DNA of 64,000 nucleotides from the human T2T-CHM13v2.0 reference genome, Homo sapiens: NCBI RefSeq assembly GCF_009914755.1, contig NC_060930.1; one strand, 5' to 3'. This document shows positions 48,935 to 64,000 of the stretch, one piece after another. Numbering within the stretch: position 1 is the first letter of the stretch; every line of letters begins with the position of its first letter. Position numbers and translations under genes: made by a program. Below the pieces are notes generated by a model, which did no database searches, was not told the DNA's origin, and was given only the letters and a program-made list of their open reading frames with translations.

Positions 48935-49392
48935 TTAATATTAGATGGAATGTTTGTGTCCTTGGCCCCAGATTCATATGTTGAAGCCCTAATTCCTAAT
49001 GTAATTGTATTTGGAGATGGGGCCTGTGAGGAGGTGATAAAGTTTAAATGAGGTCACAGGGATGGGCGCCTTATTTAATAGGGCTGGTACCCTTATAAGA
49101 AGATAAACAGAATATTTCAAAACAACATGGACACAGTAAATACATACAATTCTTATTTGACAAACAAAATAAATAATTATATTTAAAACAAGAGGAAGAT
49201 ACAACAGGGCTCTTTCTTCCTCCATGTTACCATACTGAGGAAAGGCCATGTGAGATCACAAGAAGGTGGTTGTCTGCAAGCCAGGAAGAGAGCCCTCATC
49301 AGAAACTAAGTTGATTGTCTCCTTGATCTCGGACTTCTATTCTCCAGAACCGTGAGAAAATAAATTTATGGCAGCCCGACTAGACTAAGACA
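48935..49392 (+). mobile_element. MLT1A-type LTR with a short L1MA-like 3'-end insert (~49104-49189)
   Basis: Colinear with the HULC LTR; retains CCTTATAAGA (49091) and AATAAA (49359); an AT-rich insert resembles an L1MA 3' terminus. Confidence 0.8.
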
Positions 49393-50245
49393 ATTCATTA
49401 GTAATTTGTGCTAGTGTATATGTAATATTAATTTTATTCATGGTGAATATTTCCCAAATCCCAAAGCCAAATATCTTGAATGAAATCCCAAGCTGGCCCC
49501 TGCATTTTGGTTATGATCTAGCTTACTGTTTTTCATACCAAAAAGAATGGCTTAGTGAGAAATTCTTGAAAGGGGAAGTGGATACAGAACGGAGGAAATG
49601 AAAGCAGAGTGGAAGTAGGTAGTGTCAAGCTTAAGGTCCATTTCTTTCTAACTTTGGGATGCTGAGTCTCATATCTCAAGTCACAATTTCCTCAATGACA
49701 CCTGTGTTTTCTACTTCATGCGTGTCCTGGGATGATCAAATAACATCATGTGTGTAAAACAGCTTTGTTGACCACAATTGCTATGTAAACGTAAGGGATT
49801 TATACAAAGTGCCACTTTTAGACCTGGGAAGGGAAGCCTCCAATGAAATGAACATGCTTCATAGGACCTGCGCTAGCTTATTCTAGCCATGCCCCTCCTC
49901 ACAGCATGAGGAATCCCTGGGGTCAAGGGAAAGTGCCCACCAGGGCCCAAGCTCCAGTTTCTGCACCATGATCTGGGTACCTGGGGCGCAGAGTTCCCTG
50001 CTCGAAGAGCCTGAGTCTCCTCCCTAGCTCTGCCTTGATCGCTTCCCTAGACCCACCTTCTCAGCTGTGCCCATGACTTACTCATTTATAAATCTGAGGA
50101 GTGCAAGTGCCGGGGTTTGGGGAACACGGACAGATCTTGGACTTGCAGGCTGAGATGCCCACAGTGCATGCATGCTTGCATGAGGATGTGTGGCCCTTCA
50201 TGCTGCATGAAGGAACCAGGATAGGGAAGTAAAAAGGGCAAGGCT

Positions 50246-50843
<598 letters not shown>

Positions 50844-51919
50844 TTATAAAATTCATCCACATACCAATTTTATTGGCTGTCCAATATCCACCTCAATACT
50901 TACACTGAAATTCACCATTTCTTGTTCTTAGAGGTCTTCAATGGACTTTATTAATGAAAAGCTTACCTAATACGAACTTTCTCATTTTCTTTTTTTAATC
51001 TGCATAATTAGTATTGAGAATTTTTTGTTGTGCATCATATCATTTTATCAGTTGTAATTACATCTGATTCTTTTGTTGCTTAAATAATAAAACAATATTT
51101 TTCTTTTACTTTCTGCATGATTTATATTCCAGCTTTGGTTACCTATTTTAATAAGATTTATGCCCACATTTTAATGTAATTTATGGTATAGCTTGTCTGT
51201 GGCACAGATCATTGTAACCCACTCAAAATTTGAGACTTCAAAGGGAGACTTGAGATTGAATTTTTTAACTTAATTTGGCTCTTATAATTAGGGATATTTT
51301 ATGAATAAAATTATCACATAATCAAAAAATGTTTTCCGTGGGTAACTTTGTTTTAACTTAAATTGACATAAGGGAGTCTATGGGCTGGCCTAAGATTCAT
51401 AGCGTTTTTTCTCTAGGAGAATCCCAAGTGGTCAGTTCATAAACAAGTAATTATTGAACACACCCAAGAGGACCTAGATCTTATTCCCACATCTGCCATT
51501 AAGCAAATTGCTTAATAACCTTGTCTTCATTTGTACAAGGTTGCATTGAGGATAAAGTTAGAGACAATAGATGAGGCGATACCTCAGAAAGCTAGAATAT
51601 GCTGCCATTTTAGTTTGTCATTATTAATAATAAAATTATATATCATGTTCATAATGAATAATTTATACAATCTAAAACTAAATTATATTTTCATGTGAAA
51701 TTTTTTACAAAACTAAAGGTTCTAGTGTAATGGAGACTTTATAACTTCATGACCAGTTTAATGTAGTCAGCTTATTTCAGGCAGAGTTTGGCTTAAAGAT
51801 AACCACTTTGTCCCCTGTTCATTTGACAGATGAAGACTGAAATGTTGGTATTTCGTGGCTGATGGCTGAGAAATTTGCAAATAATGAACTATTCACTTTA
51901 GACCTTAATAATTTAAAAA

Positions 51920-52700
<781 letters not shown>

Positions 52701-53596
52701 CAAATATGATTTCCTTTTGTCTTCTTTCAGAGAAATTTTCTTTGACAAATATTTTATAAGAAACATTTTATCAAATGACGTCTCTTTATTTATTTATTAT
52801 TTTGAATCCTTCACCAACATTAGATGTTACAAAATAAAGCCTTTCTTAATTCCATTTTATTCTCAAAGAGTATATAAATTTATCCTAGTAAATGTTTTTT
52901 CCATCAAAGTATCTTTTTGTTGGTTGAGATATTCTGAAATGCAATTTTAGAATTTCAAGATTTAGTCCGGTACATTTCACCTCTCATTTTTAAATTTATT
53001 CAATTTATCTCTTATTTTTGTGAAGATACATTTTAATGACATTCTGTTTTCAATAATTACAATTTTACTTCAAAATCTTACATAATCTGTTGGGTAGATA
53101 CATAGGAAAATATGACCTGCTTTTTGTCTCTAAGAAGTAACTATCTAGGGTGGGAGGTGAATGGGTCAATGAAGAAGAAGGTGAATAAGCAAATAATTAT
53201 GGTTAAATGTAGTAATAAGGATGCAGGAATATCAAAATCGTGATGGTAAACAACCTGATAAGCCACCTCTTTGTGTTCTAGGTTGGCCCAATGGCATATG
53301 GTGATCCAGAAAATCCCTCCCTCCCTTTATGAGCAGTGGTATCCTTAGAGATAATGTTGAGTACTAAAACAAAAATTTGAGTCAGGTATATGAATGTTTT
53401 ATGAGATAAGATTTAGGAAAATGGGTTTAAGACAATCAGGCAAGAATGGGGTCCAAAATTTGAATGACATCAAAGGTAAAATGAATAGTAAACTTCACTC
53501 TGGAAATCAGCCTGGGTTAGATTAAGGAGTTGGAGATTCATCAAACTAAACAATAGAATTTAAAGCCAATGTTCAAGTTAAGAAGTGGAGATCAAT

Positions 53597-53870
<274 letters not shown>

Positions 53871-54237
53871 GAAGTGGAAATCAACTAGGAAAGGATACAC
53901 CAGTTTCATTCACAAGGAGTCCCTCTTTGCTAGGGCAGGTCAGTCCTTGCACTGATCACAGATCACTGTTTTGACATCATTTCAGCCAGTAAGGATGGCA
54001 CTGGTCCCTGGAAGCTGATCAATCTCTAAAGGAAACTCTGAGCCACCCATAACTGGTAACTGACATTCAATAGCTCCTGACATTCTCCTCTGAGGAATGT
54101 TGGATTTCTTGATACCACCTTTGTCTCTGAAAAATGTAGCCTACCACATATTTACAAAAGAAGGTAAATTTCCAGATGATGAATTTCAAGATGAATTTTT
54201 TCTTATAAATTGCCTTAGAGATTCTCAACAATTTTGT

Positions 54238-54523
<286 letters not shown>

Positions 54524-55549
54524 CTACCTGGGGTCGTCTCAAAACCAGAAAAATGTAGGCCATTCTAAAGGATTTTCCCAAAACCTTTTCTGAGAAAAAT
54601 TTTAATTTACACCTTGTTATCTTGTCACTGATCATTTTTAACTTGTGGGGAAAAAAATGAAAGTGCTAGGTGGTATTCAGCAAATACTACACTTCATTAT
54701 TAGTTTTGAGCTAGACACGGAAAATCGGTTTCCAGGTTAGATCAATTTTATGCAAATTGTGAAAACATCCACCAAATAGAACCTTGATTCTATGAGAAAC
54801 ACCAGTGACCAACTGCTTAACACTATTTTCACTGAATCTTTCAGGTTTTAGGGATGAAAAGGTAGCAGAGGTAATATATGTGGCTTACTGCATTTGAATC
54901 ATTGCATTCAGGAAGAACTATCCTCCTCATTCTAGAACATACACTTTCCTTAGGAACAAACTTAGTAATTACAATCTGAAAAATGTATTTAATGCATGTG
55001 TATATATACAAATATATGCATCCACACGTGTACACACACACACACACGCACACACTTTTTTTCTTCTGGTAAACATACTTGAAAATTCCAGCAGCCAGCT
55101 CTGGTATTATGCCTATCAAATCATTCAGCTTTGCAATACTTGCAAAAAAGCTATAGAAACATTCTTTCAAAGTGTGGGGAGATCGGAATTTATAGATATA
55201 TTTACCCAAAGATTTGTCAATTATTCATAGGCCTCAGTAGGCATATTTACAAATTTGTATGAAAATCAACTTCTAAATCTATAAATCTTCACCCTATTTG
55301 CTTAGAATTTGCTGAGCGCAGCATTTATATTGATTAGCCAACTAAAAAGTGTGAAGAATATCAAACAGAACACTTTGGGGTACTTGTCATTCATAGACAT
55401 AATTAGTGGCTTGAATAGCAATAGGTAGCATGATAAAAATAATTTCTGATAATTGTTTATGGAAGTTTTAATTTTTTTCCTAGGATATCTCTATGCCTGT
55501 TTTCTGAATGTACTTCAGGGGTGACCAATCAACTTTACTAGTAGTTCCT

Positions 55550-56800
55550 TAGTTCATTCAATAAATATTTATTGATTACCAGTTATGTGCTAGGCATTGT
55601 GATAGATTCTTTAATCAAAAGGATTAGATACCTCCTCTGTCTCACATGTCTTTTAGTTTAAGAGAGAATATTGACAGACAATTGCAAGACAGGGCTTTGA
55701 TAGGGTAAGCTTTGAAAACATATAAAAGAGGAACCTAATTTGGATTTATGGGGGTCGGCAAAGACTGCCTGTGGAAGCTGCATCTAATTTGAGACCAGAA
55801 AAATGAATAACAGACAAGGAGACAGAGGAAGCAATAAATTTTTAAGCAAAGGTAACAGCTTACTCAAAATGTTGCAGAAATAAGAAAAAAGCCTAACACA
55901 TAGAGAAACTGAAAAAGGTGCCATATAACTGGAAAATAAAATTCTTAGAAAGATATGATAGACAAGGCTGGAACTGAAATTATAGTATCTATTTGAAGTA
56001 TTATATGCAATGATAAAACTCTGGATTTATTTAGGAGCAATGAGAAATCCCTGAAAGATATTAAGCAGAGGAGTAAAACATGGTACTTTTGTCCTAGAAA
56101 GATTACTCTTGTGATAGCACAGGGAATGTATGGGAGGGGGTAAAACTGGAGACAGAGAGAGTAATTAGAAGCCTGGTGCAGCAACCCAGAGGAAGGGCAA
56201 TGCCACCTTGATAGGGAAGGGGCAGTGGAGAATGAAGAGACATGGGAAGACTTGAGAAAGATCAAAAGGTAAAGACTGAACTTGCTGTTTCACTGTAAAT
56301 GAGTGAGTGAATGAAAAGAAAGACTCAATAATGATGATAGAATTTCCAGCTTGGATAAATGTGATTGAATATTTTTACTATTCCTGAAAATAGGAAATAC
56401 GTGCAAAAGAGCAGGTGTAGGGAGAAGGATGATGAGCCCAGTTTTGCATCTGCTGAGTTTGAGGGGCTCATGTGATGCCCAGCAGAGATTTTCAATTAGC
56501 TGGTTAGTAAGCAGATTGGATGCTCAGAAGAAGGATCAGATCTGAAGTAAAATACCTGGGCTTCAGGAGACTGTGTGTGATGAATACAGACTTGGAAACG
56601 ATAAGATAGTTCGAAGAGAATATCTAGAGTAAGAATGGAATGTGGTGCAGGGAAGGATCTGAAGAACACCAACACCTAAGAGGCTAACAATGGAACAAGA
56701 GTCCTCAAGAGGGACCGAGACATTAGCAGGCTGGGGAAGAGGAGAAAAACCACAAGCAAAGCAACATAGAAACCAAGGTCTATAATAGCTTTCGTCTTAG
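55550..56800 (-). mobile_element. L2 fragments
   Basis: TTCATTCAATAAATATTTATTGA...TATGTGCTAGGCATTGTG start followed by purine-rich L2 body. Ends are approximate. Confidence 0.65.
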
Positions 56801-57438
56801 AAAATATGGTGCCAAATAAGACAGCACAGAAAGTTGAATAGTATTGACTCAAATGCCAAAGGGAGCTCCTTTTACCTGCATGCATGAGGGATGGGTGAAA
56901 ATCCTTGCTTTACGGATCAGAATGACCACCTACCCTATTCCTGAAAGCCACACCATTAAACATGCAATGAATAATAACTAATAGATCATGAATTCATTCA
57001 TTTTTTAAGAAGCCGTGATTGCCCACCTCTGACTGGAGTACACATGTGGATTGGACACAATTTCCTCTTTCAAGAACTTACATTTTAGTGGGGAAAATAG
57101 TTTTGTGCAGCAAAGACCCACATAGCATAGACTGTGCTACTACAAACATGTCGAGGAGTGATATGGGATTACTTTCAAAAAAGCGATGCTGGTAAGACAA
57201 ATGAGAAGGACTCATCTTAGCTTCCCATGGGCCGGTCGCACAAAGGAGTGATGTTGGAGAAGAGTCGCTGAGTCCATTGCTTCTCTCAGTGGTTTTGCAC
57301 CTTTGGGGAACCATGTGTGCCTGCTTTGGCCCCACATTCAGCCCTAACCTTTTCTTGTAGCCCACCAGTAGGAGTTTGGTCCTCTTGCCCCAGTGTTAAA
57401 TCTCACTGCTCAAAGAACTTTACCCCATGGAATTTATG

Positions 57439-57479
57439 TATTCATTCATTCATTCATTCATTCATTCATTCATTCATTC
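57439..57479. repeat. (ATTC)n microsatellite (L2 tail-derived)
   Basis: About 10 ATTC units followed by L2-like GGGTGCCTACAATGTACTAGG. Confidence 0.92.
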
Positions 57480-58374
57480 TTTAGTGGGTGCCTACAATGT
57501 ACTAGGTTGTTCCCTGGTGTTACAGAAGTGAACAAAACAAGTCTCCAGTCATTTGGATCTTCCCTGTAGATGATACAGGCAACTGAAAAAGAATATTGTA
57601 GTATTTGTGGAGATGATAAGAAATATAAATTAAATAAAGCTGGACAAGCAATAGAGACTGATGTCGGGGGACAGGGGTTCTGTGCGCTGTTTGAAAGAGG
57701 GTGATCCTTATGTAGAGAGGATAAGGGTAGCTGAAAATTAATTCTTATTGAGTTCAGCCATCTCAGGATTGTGGAACCCATCTCCCTCCATCTTGACTGA
57801 GATTTCTCTGAGGTGAATGTATACACTGTCTTTCAGAGTCTCCCAGTGGAAATAAGCTCCAAATATCTATAGTGACATCTTGCTTGATAAAACACTGTAA
57901 TTACCTCCTGCTAACCCTCATCCCATTTCTTCACTTCCCAAATGAAGCACTGACTCTAGAGTCCTAATCTCTGGGTTTCTGGGTAACCTAAGTTAAAATA
58001 GTAAGAGAGACATCTAATGAGATTTGTGAAATATTCAGTCTCATTTTCTAAATGTTTGAAATATCTCCTAGACTCTCAGTATAATTTTTGGTGAGAAGAG
58101 AAAACTTATCCCAGTGTAGAACAATGTCAGAGATGCTGCCATGTTCCTCGGTCTTTCTTTGTCCTAGTTCCCTTCATTCTTGTGCCCCACACAGCCTGGT
58201 TACACCCAAACGTAGGCACAGAGCTGGTTTCTACCTCACATTATTCCTGCCTTCTTCATCCAGCAGCATGGGTGTGGCAGGGCTGTAAAACAGAAAATCC
58301 TTTCCATGACATGTTCACCTACTAACTCTGAATTTTAAAAATTAGAAGAGTATTTCTATACCTTCTATTCACCC

Positions 58375-58870
58375 TGTTGGTGAAGGAGGAACCCCCAATT
58401 CCAATTACAAGACAACCAAATACATAACACCCAACTTGGGAACCATGAGATTGACAGCAGCTTATTAGCCATACATATTTGCAGTGCAGGGGAAGAGGAC
58501 ACTGTGCTCCATGCAGAGAGAGTCACATGAGGATGGGCTCAGGAGGAGAGTGAACCCCAAAGGGCATAGGAGTGTAGGCTTTGTAGTAACAAGAGGGTGA
58601 GGTGACCCCTGGTTCCTATGGAAGGATGTGATTGGCTTGTTTGAATAATTTCATGGGCTGGCAGGGAAGTGAAACCTGTTGTGTGGGGGACCATGTGGCG
58701 AGCAACTGGCCCAGCAGATAGGGGGACTAGCTAGGTGGGGAGACTTTCCTTTTGAGTGCAGAGGTTGCATATCTGATGAGAGCAGAGAAATTCATAGTGA
58801 GGCCTTTGAAGCCTTGCAAGGCTCACAGATGTCAAGGCAGTACAGGAACTTTCAGAATTTACAATACAGG
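58375..58870 (-). mobile_element. ERVL-type LTR (MER54/MER74-like)
   Basis: TG start; GGATGTGATTGGCTTGTTTGAATAATTTC motif recalled from this group. Family is tentative. Confidence 0.45.
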
Positions 58871-60892
58871 GAGCTATTAAAAGTGTGGTTGAGCTGTAAA
58901 CAATCAAATGGAAACAAATAACATCCATTGGAATAATAGTTGTGAGGTGTGGTTTCAAGAAGTTTAGATAGAAAATTTAAATTTGTTCCATATTTGTTCA
59001 TTTTTTAAAAGCAAGTTACTGTAGAGAAGGTGGTTGATCATGCACTTCAATATAAAGTGCTTTTTTATATAAAGAAAATGGGTTTTACTTATACTTGTGA
59101 ATATTTCATATTGTAGGCAATCATGATATTCTGTGTTTTCTAATTTTGGACTTAAGATCCATGAAGATTAAAGTCTATGACATTGAGAAATTGTAAGGGC
59201 CTCCAGGGATGTTTCAGATATAAGAAAGTGCAGTGAGCTTGTCTGTATAACTGATCACACCTCAACTTGGCTGCTTATTCAGAAATCAATGCCACATGCA
59301 GATACACTGCCACAATTTCTGATGAGAAGGGGATGGGATACAAGCTACGCGATAAGTATTCAGTGGCATTTAATTTTCATGTTTATATATGACAATTAAA
59401 ATGGATGTTCCACTATTTTACATTTAGAGAGAGAAAGGAAGTTTTCATTATTGTCCACATTATATTAAATGGTTTATTTGAATAGAAAAATACTTCAGTA
59501 GGGTGAAAGATTTTAATAAAACATAACAATTGCTTCAAAGTCTTTACCAAAATATTACAATCATATAATGTTGAACTACTTGGTTTTTGTATAAAGATAG
59601 CTGAATAGGATGCCTATAGTTTCAATCTGATAAGTCTATTGATTGCCTGGTATAATAGTAACTAACATATCATCAACATATTATAGCACCCAACACAATA
59701 AATTCTCAAATAACTATTAGTCACCTGCCTCTTAATTTCAAAAGATTCCAACTTCAGAGCTTTTATTATATATGCTGAAATCATGGTGCAGTTTTAAAAT
59801 ATTTTTATTCATTTTACATAGGTTCCATATAACCGAACATTCAAAGTATAGATAAACCTCAATTTGCGTAACAAATATGTTTCTGAGAAGTTATAAATTG
59901 AATGATATTTTAAATGCACTAAGGAAACTGATTATTTGAAAGCACATTGTGGTGAGTTCTTTTGTAATTCAAGTGTTATGTAAGTTTGTGTTACTTTGGA
60001 ATGGATTCTATTAAAACAGGACATTTCTTAGTTCTAGCACTGATGAGAGAAATAATTCACAGCAGATTATAAACATTCAATGCAAGTGACTGAAGTGCAG
60101 AGTATTTAAGGAGGAGAAAGAAACTTTTACCTTTCAAGGATGTTTAAACACCTGGTTGAATCAAAGGAAAGTTAACATCAAGTTCAGGTTTATATTTACC
60201 CTTCCTAATTTTGAAAATATATCTCTCTTTCCAGTTGGGTTTATATATAGTCCTCCCAAGGCAGGGGGATTACCCAAGTGACTTTATTTTAAGGTCTTTT
60301 ATAGTTCTTTTACTTCAGTCCAGACAAAGAATTTTTTTTTAAAAGCCTTCTCTTCGCACTGGGTGAAAAAATAAAACCATGCATCAGCCTCTGAGGTGGC
60401 ATTTAAAATAGAAAAAAGAATCCTTTAAAGATCATTGTTCTCATAATTATTTCATCACCATTTTATTTACTAGATTTATGTTTTTGTTGAAAATAGATTG
60501 CAAAATTCTTTAAAACATAACAACAAGCAATTTTCAGAATTTTTTTTTTAACCAAGGAACTGAAACCTATTAACTAATCTGTGCAGCACTGCAATGAAGG
60601 ACTGCAGATTCAGAAAAGATGGCTTTAAAACTCATCTATTGGATCTATCTACATTTATCTTACCAATAAAATGTAAGAAATGTGAACAAATTGTAATGGA
60701 AAACTAGGGGGCCCTTTTATTTGCAAGTATTTATATTAAAAATTTGTTTCTCAAGAAGAATATGTCAGTCTATCCAATAAATACTCACTTATGTCTACCC
60801 CATCACTTGTGAGATATGGTGAATCACACCATGATGGATATGACATGGTACCTAACATCACAGAACATATAGTCTATCAAGAAAAAGAAAGC

Positions 60893-61189
60893 GGCTTGGC
60901 GTGGTGGCTCACGCCTGTAATCCCCGTACTTTGGGAGGCTGAGGTGGGTGGATCACGAGGTCAGGCGTTTGAGATCAGCCTGGCCAACATGGTGAAATCC
61001 CGTCTCCACTGAAAATACAAAAATTAGCCAGGTGTGGTGGCGCGTGCCTGTAGTCCCAGCTACTCAGGAGGCTAAAGGGGGAGAATTGCTTGAACTTGGG
61101 AGGCGGAGGTTGCAGTGAGCCGAGATCGTGCCACTGTGCTCAAGCCTGGGCAACAGAGTGAGATTCCATCTCAAGAAAAAGAAAAAAAA
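60893..61189 (+). mobile_element. AluS (Sg/Sc-like) inserted in L2
   Basis: Full Alu; TSD ...AAAAGAAAGC on both sides. Confidence 0.94.
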
Positions 61190-64000
61190 AGGAAAAGAAA
61201 GCACATGTACAAATAAAGTATTACTGCTATTGGGGGATGCAGGTAGAGCACCAGAGCACGGAGAAATTATCTACAGCTGTAGGAAATAGGAAATTGCACA
61301 CAAATGTGTTTGAGAAAACATTTGTCGTGGGAAATCATCCTAGGAGTTACAGCTCAAAGGTGGACAGGAGGGGTCCTTGGGAGGAAATTCAGATCACATG
61401 AGGCCTTGAATGTCAGGCTGAGCAATTAAACTTGAATTTTCTGTGCAGTAAGGGAGTTATAGAAGGTTTTGAAGCAGGAGAGGATTATGATACAGTAGAT
61501 GGTACAAGAAGATTAATCTTACATGGGTGCCTAACATGGGCTAAGAGAAGAGGAAGCTCCTAGGTGAGAAGTGTGGGGAATTCCACAATCACTCAGGTGT
61601 GAGAAAATGAGAACTTGAATAGGAAAAACAGATACCGGACCAACGTCAGAGGAATCAGAAGTAGTGAACAGCCAAAAGAAGGGAGGATGTTACAGGGAAG
61701 GTTGGAGGGAGAAGCTAAAAGGCATTTCGGTATTCATCTCTATGCCTGGGAGAGTGAAGGTAACATTGCATTCAAAGAAATGGGAAACACAGGGCTAGAA
61801 ACAGGTTTGGGAATCAAGTGGTAATCTTACAAATTGGTAATCTTGGCTTACATGCCTTGCACAATGTTTGATGTAGGTGTTTCATATTTGCAGCAAAAAA
61901 ATAATGATTTTTAAAATTTATTATTCAGGCTTTTAGACATTTAGGTGATTTTTAATTTTTTTCTAAAAATTATATAAGGATTTACTGAACATGCTAAATT
62001 ACATTGACGGAATATGGCAATCCCCAGATATTGGAAAAATTATATTCTTTCCCTTCATAGGTATTTGGCTCCAGTCAACTCCCAGAATCATGGCAACTAA
62101 ACTCTAATTTGAGAAAATAATGAAAGAGTGTAAATCACATTCCACTTTTTGAAACTTCATAATCTATGTGCTCTGGTCCCTCATTTTAGAGTTATTTGAA
62201 AAAGTTTGTCTACGGCATACACAGAATAAGTTTATGATGTGTGAGTATATGATGGACTTGGGAGATGTTTCATTACAACAAAGTCTCCAATGTTTTTCTG
62301 AAAAGGGGCTCATTTTGACTTTTCTGAAATTTTTAATGAGTGGAGGATGGAATTTGAGGTTAAAGGTATTGATTATAAATGTAACATTGGGTTGCAAATA
62401 GAATTATCCATAAATTTGCTGTATCATAAATGCTACTGCAGTCGGTCTAAACACTGGACATGAATTTATGTGTTACTTTGTACAAAATGGTGAAAAAAAT
62501 ACTATATATCCAATTGATTGACAAAAGCCCAAGAAGCTTGTTAAAAGGGCTGGCTAAGCATATTTGTGAAGACAAATATTTTTAAATGTCCATTAGAGTA
62601 ACTTCAACATAACTAAGTAAATCAGAAGAACTAGGATTATGTTTACTCTTTAAATTTGCTAAAACAGAGGTCAATGATTATTGATCTTGATTGGCTGTCT
62701 CCGCTCTTTTTCTTACCTTTCCTTTTATTCTTCTTATGCTTCAATTTTTTACCGTTCTTTTTTTTTTTTAAGTGATCACGCATTAACTTCAAATGACTGG
62801 ATTCTAACACTGGTTTCTTTGCAGGGCATAGAGGTAAATTATGACTTTCCTAACCTCTTCCCTGATCCATAAACCATGAACTACCCTCCAATAGGTCTAC
62901 TTTGAACCACTGGGCAATACTCTCTGAGCCACATGACTAAAATTTACAGGATTCTCTAAGTAATCTTGCAGTGTTAAGAGGGTGCCTGACTGAGCAATGA
63001 GATTTCATGATAACTCATTCGAGTCTCCTATATGGTACAGCTGAGTCTGGAACATCTTTGTTTGGAGTTCCTGAGAGGTTACAGCTATTTAACTTCATGG
63101 GGAGAATTGGAAACATGGACATATGCTTGATAAATATCCTTTAAGTAACCATGGATCACTTAGTCACTTTGGAATCTTAAATTAATGCTCTATTACTAAG
63201 GAAAAAGCCCTACTTCTTAAGTCCTTGACTTTTTTGTGTTAACTGCCAACAAATAAAAACAATAACTACAAATCCCATCCCAAGCTGAAAAGCTTAAAGC
63301 TACCCTTGTATTGAGTAAAGCCCAATGTGTTTCGTAGATAATGTGATAATGTATTTCACTGATGAAATGTGGTTGATCTTACCAAGCATCAATGAATGTA
63401 TTACCATTTTTCTACTGTTTCAATTATATTTTAGCATTGGAAGAAAAGTGGAAGACTTAGTCAATTCTGCCATGAGTAAAACTTAATGTCATTTAATTCC
63501 ATTGCGTTCCATTAAATCTGGTGAAAAAATTTATACTGTCATTTATTCCCATTCTTAATCATTAGAATGAAATGAAACATATCAGTATACTTAAAAGACC
63601 CTTGGATTATGAATTAAATACAAAATTACAATTAGAAAATAGTACAGAAGGATATTTTAAAATAGTTTAGTATAAAATCAGCAAAAAGAAAATAATAAGG
63701 CAACAGTTTGAGGTTTGATTGTTTCTTTTGTTCTTCACCTGAAAATAATTTCAAACTCTTTCACAATGCAGTGTAATACATTCTGGAAGTAATAAACATC
63801 ACACTATTTAGCTATTACTTAAGCAGCACATAAAAATAATTATACCTGGATTTAGACACAGGTTGAAGAAAATAATGGGATTACTGCTACCACATAATTT
63901 ATAAATTAATTTTTAATTTTTAGGTAATTGCGAATTCACACGCAGTATAAGATGTAATATGCAGAGATCACAATACTGTGTACTCAGCTTCCCCCAATGG

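Noticed and set aside
62810-62838. Possible 9-nt microexon (TTTGCAG|GGCATAGAG|GTAAAT); other acceptor-like sites at 29510, 33677 and 63923
   Set aside because: Splice-like words are frequent in AT-rich DNA, and there is no transcript evidence or reading frame to anchor them.

Overview
Human (primate) genomic DNA, AT-rich and dense in interspersed repeats (Alu, L1, L2, MIR, MaLR/ERV LTRs, hAT MER elements). No credible protein-coding gene is present: the listed ORFs are Alu-, LTR12- or low-complexity-derived, or short random frames. The one gene I recognise is the two-exon lncRNA HULC (6p24.3 from memory) on the + strand, with exon 1 at ~27539-27720 inside an MLT1A LTR, a GT-AG intron at 27721-28874 and exon 2 at 28875-~29176. 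The main structural observations are: (1) a solo LTR12C (40848-42929, ATTA target-site duplication) carries a perfect 270-bp inverted repeat (41048-41317 / 41447-41716, 129-bp spacer) that looks like a microhomology-driven template switch; (2) the HULC splice donor occupies the position of the LTR poly(A) signal in sister MLT1A copies (AATAAAT versus A|GTAAGT, two A>G changes), and HNF1/FOXA/ONECUT-like motifs lie just upstream; (3) a ~275-bp L1PA insertion shows both a 3' transduction and a 5' inversion between 16-bp target-site duplications. Repeat subfamily names come from recalled consensus sequences and need RepeatMasker/Dfam confirmation.
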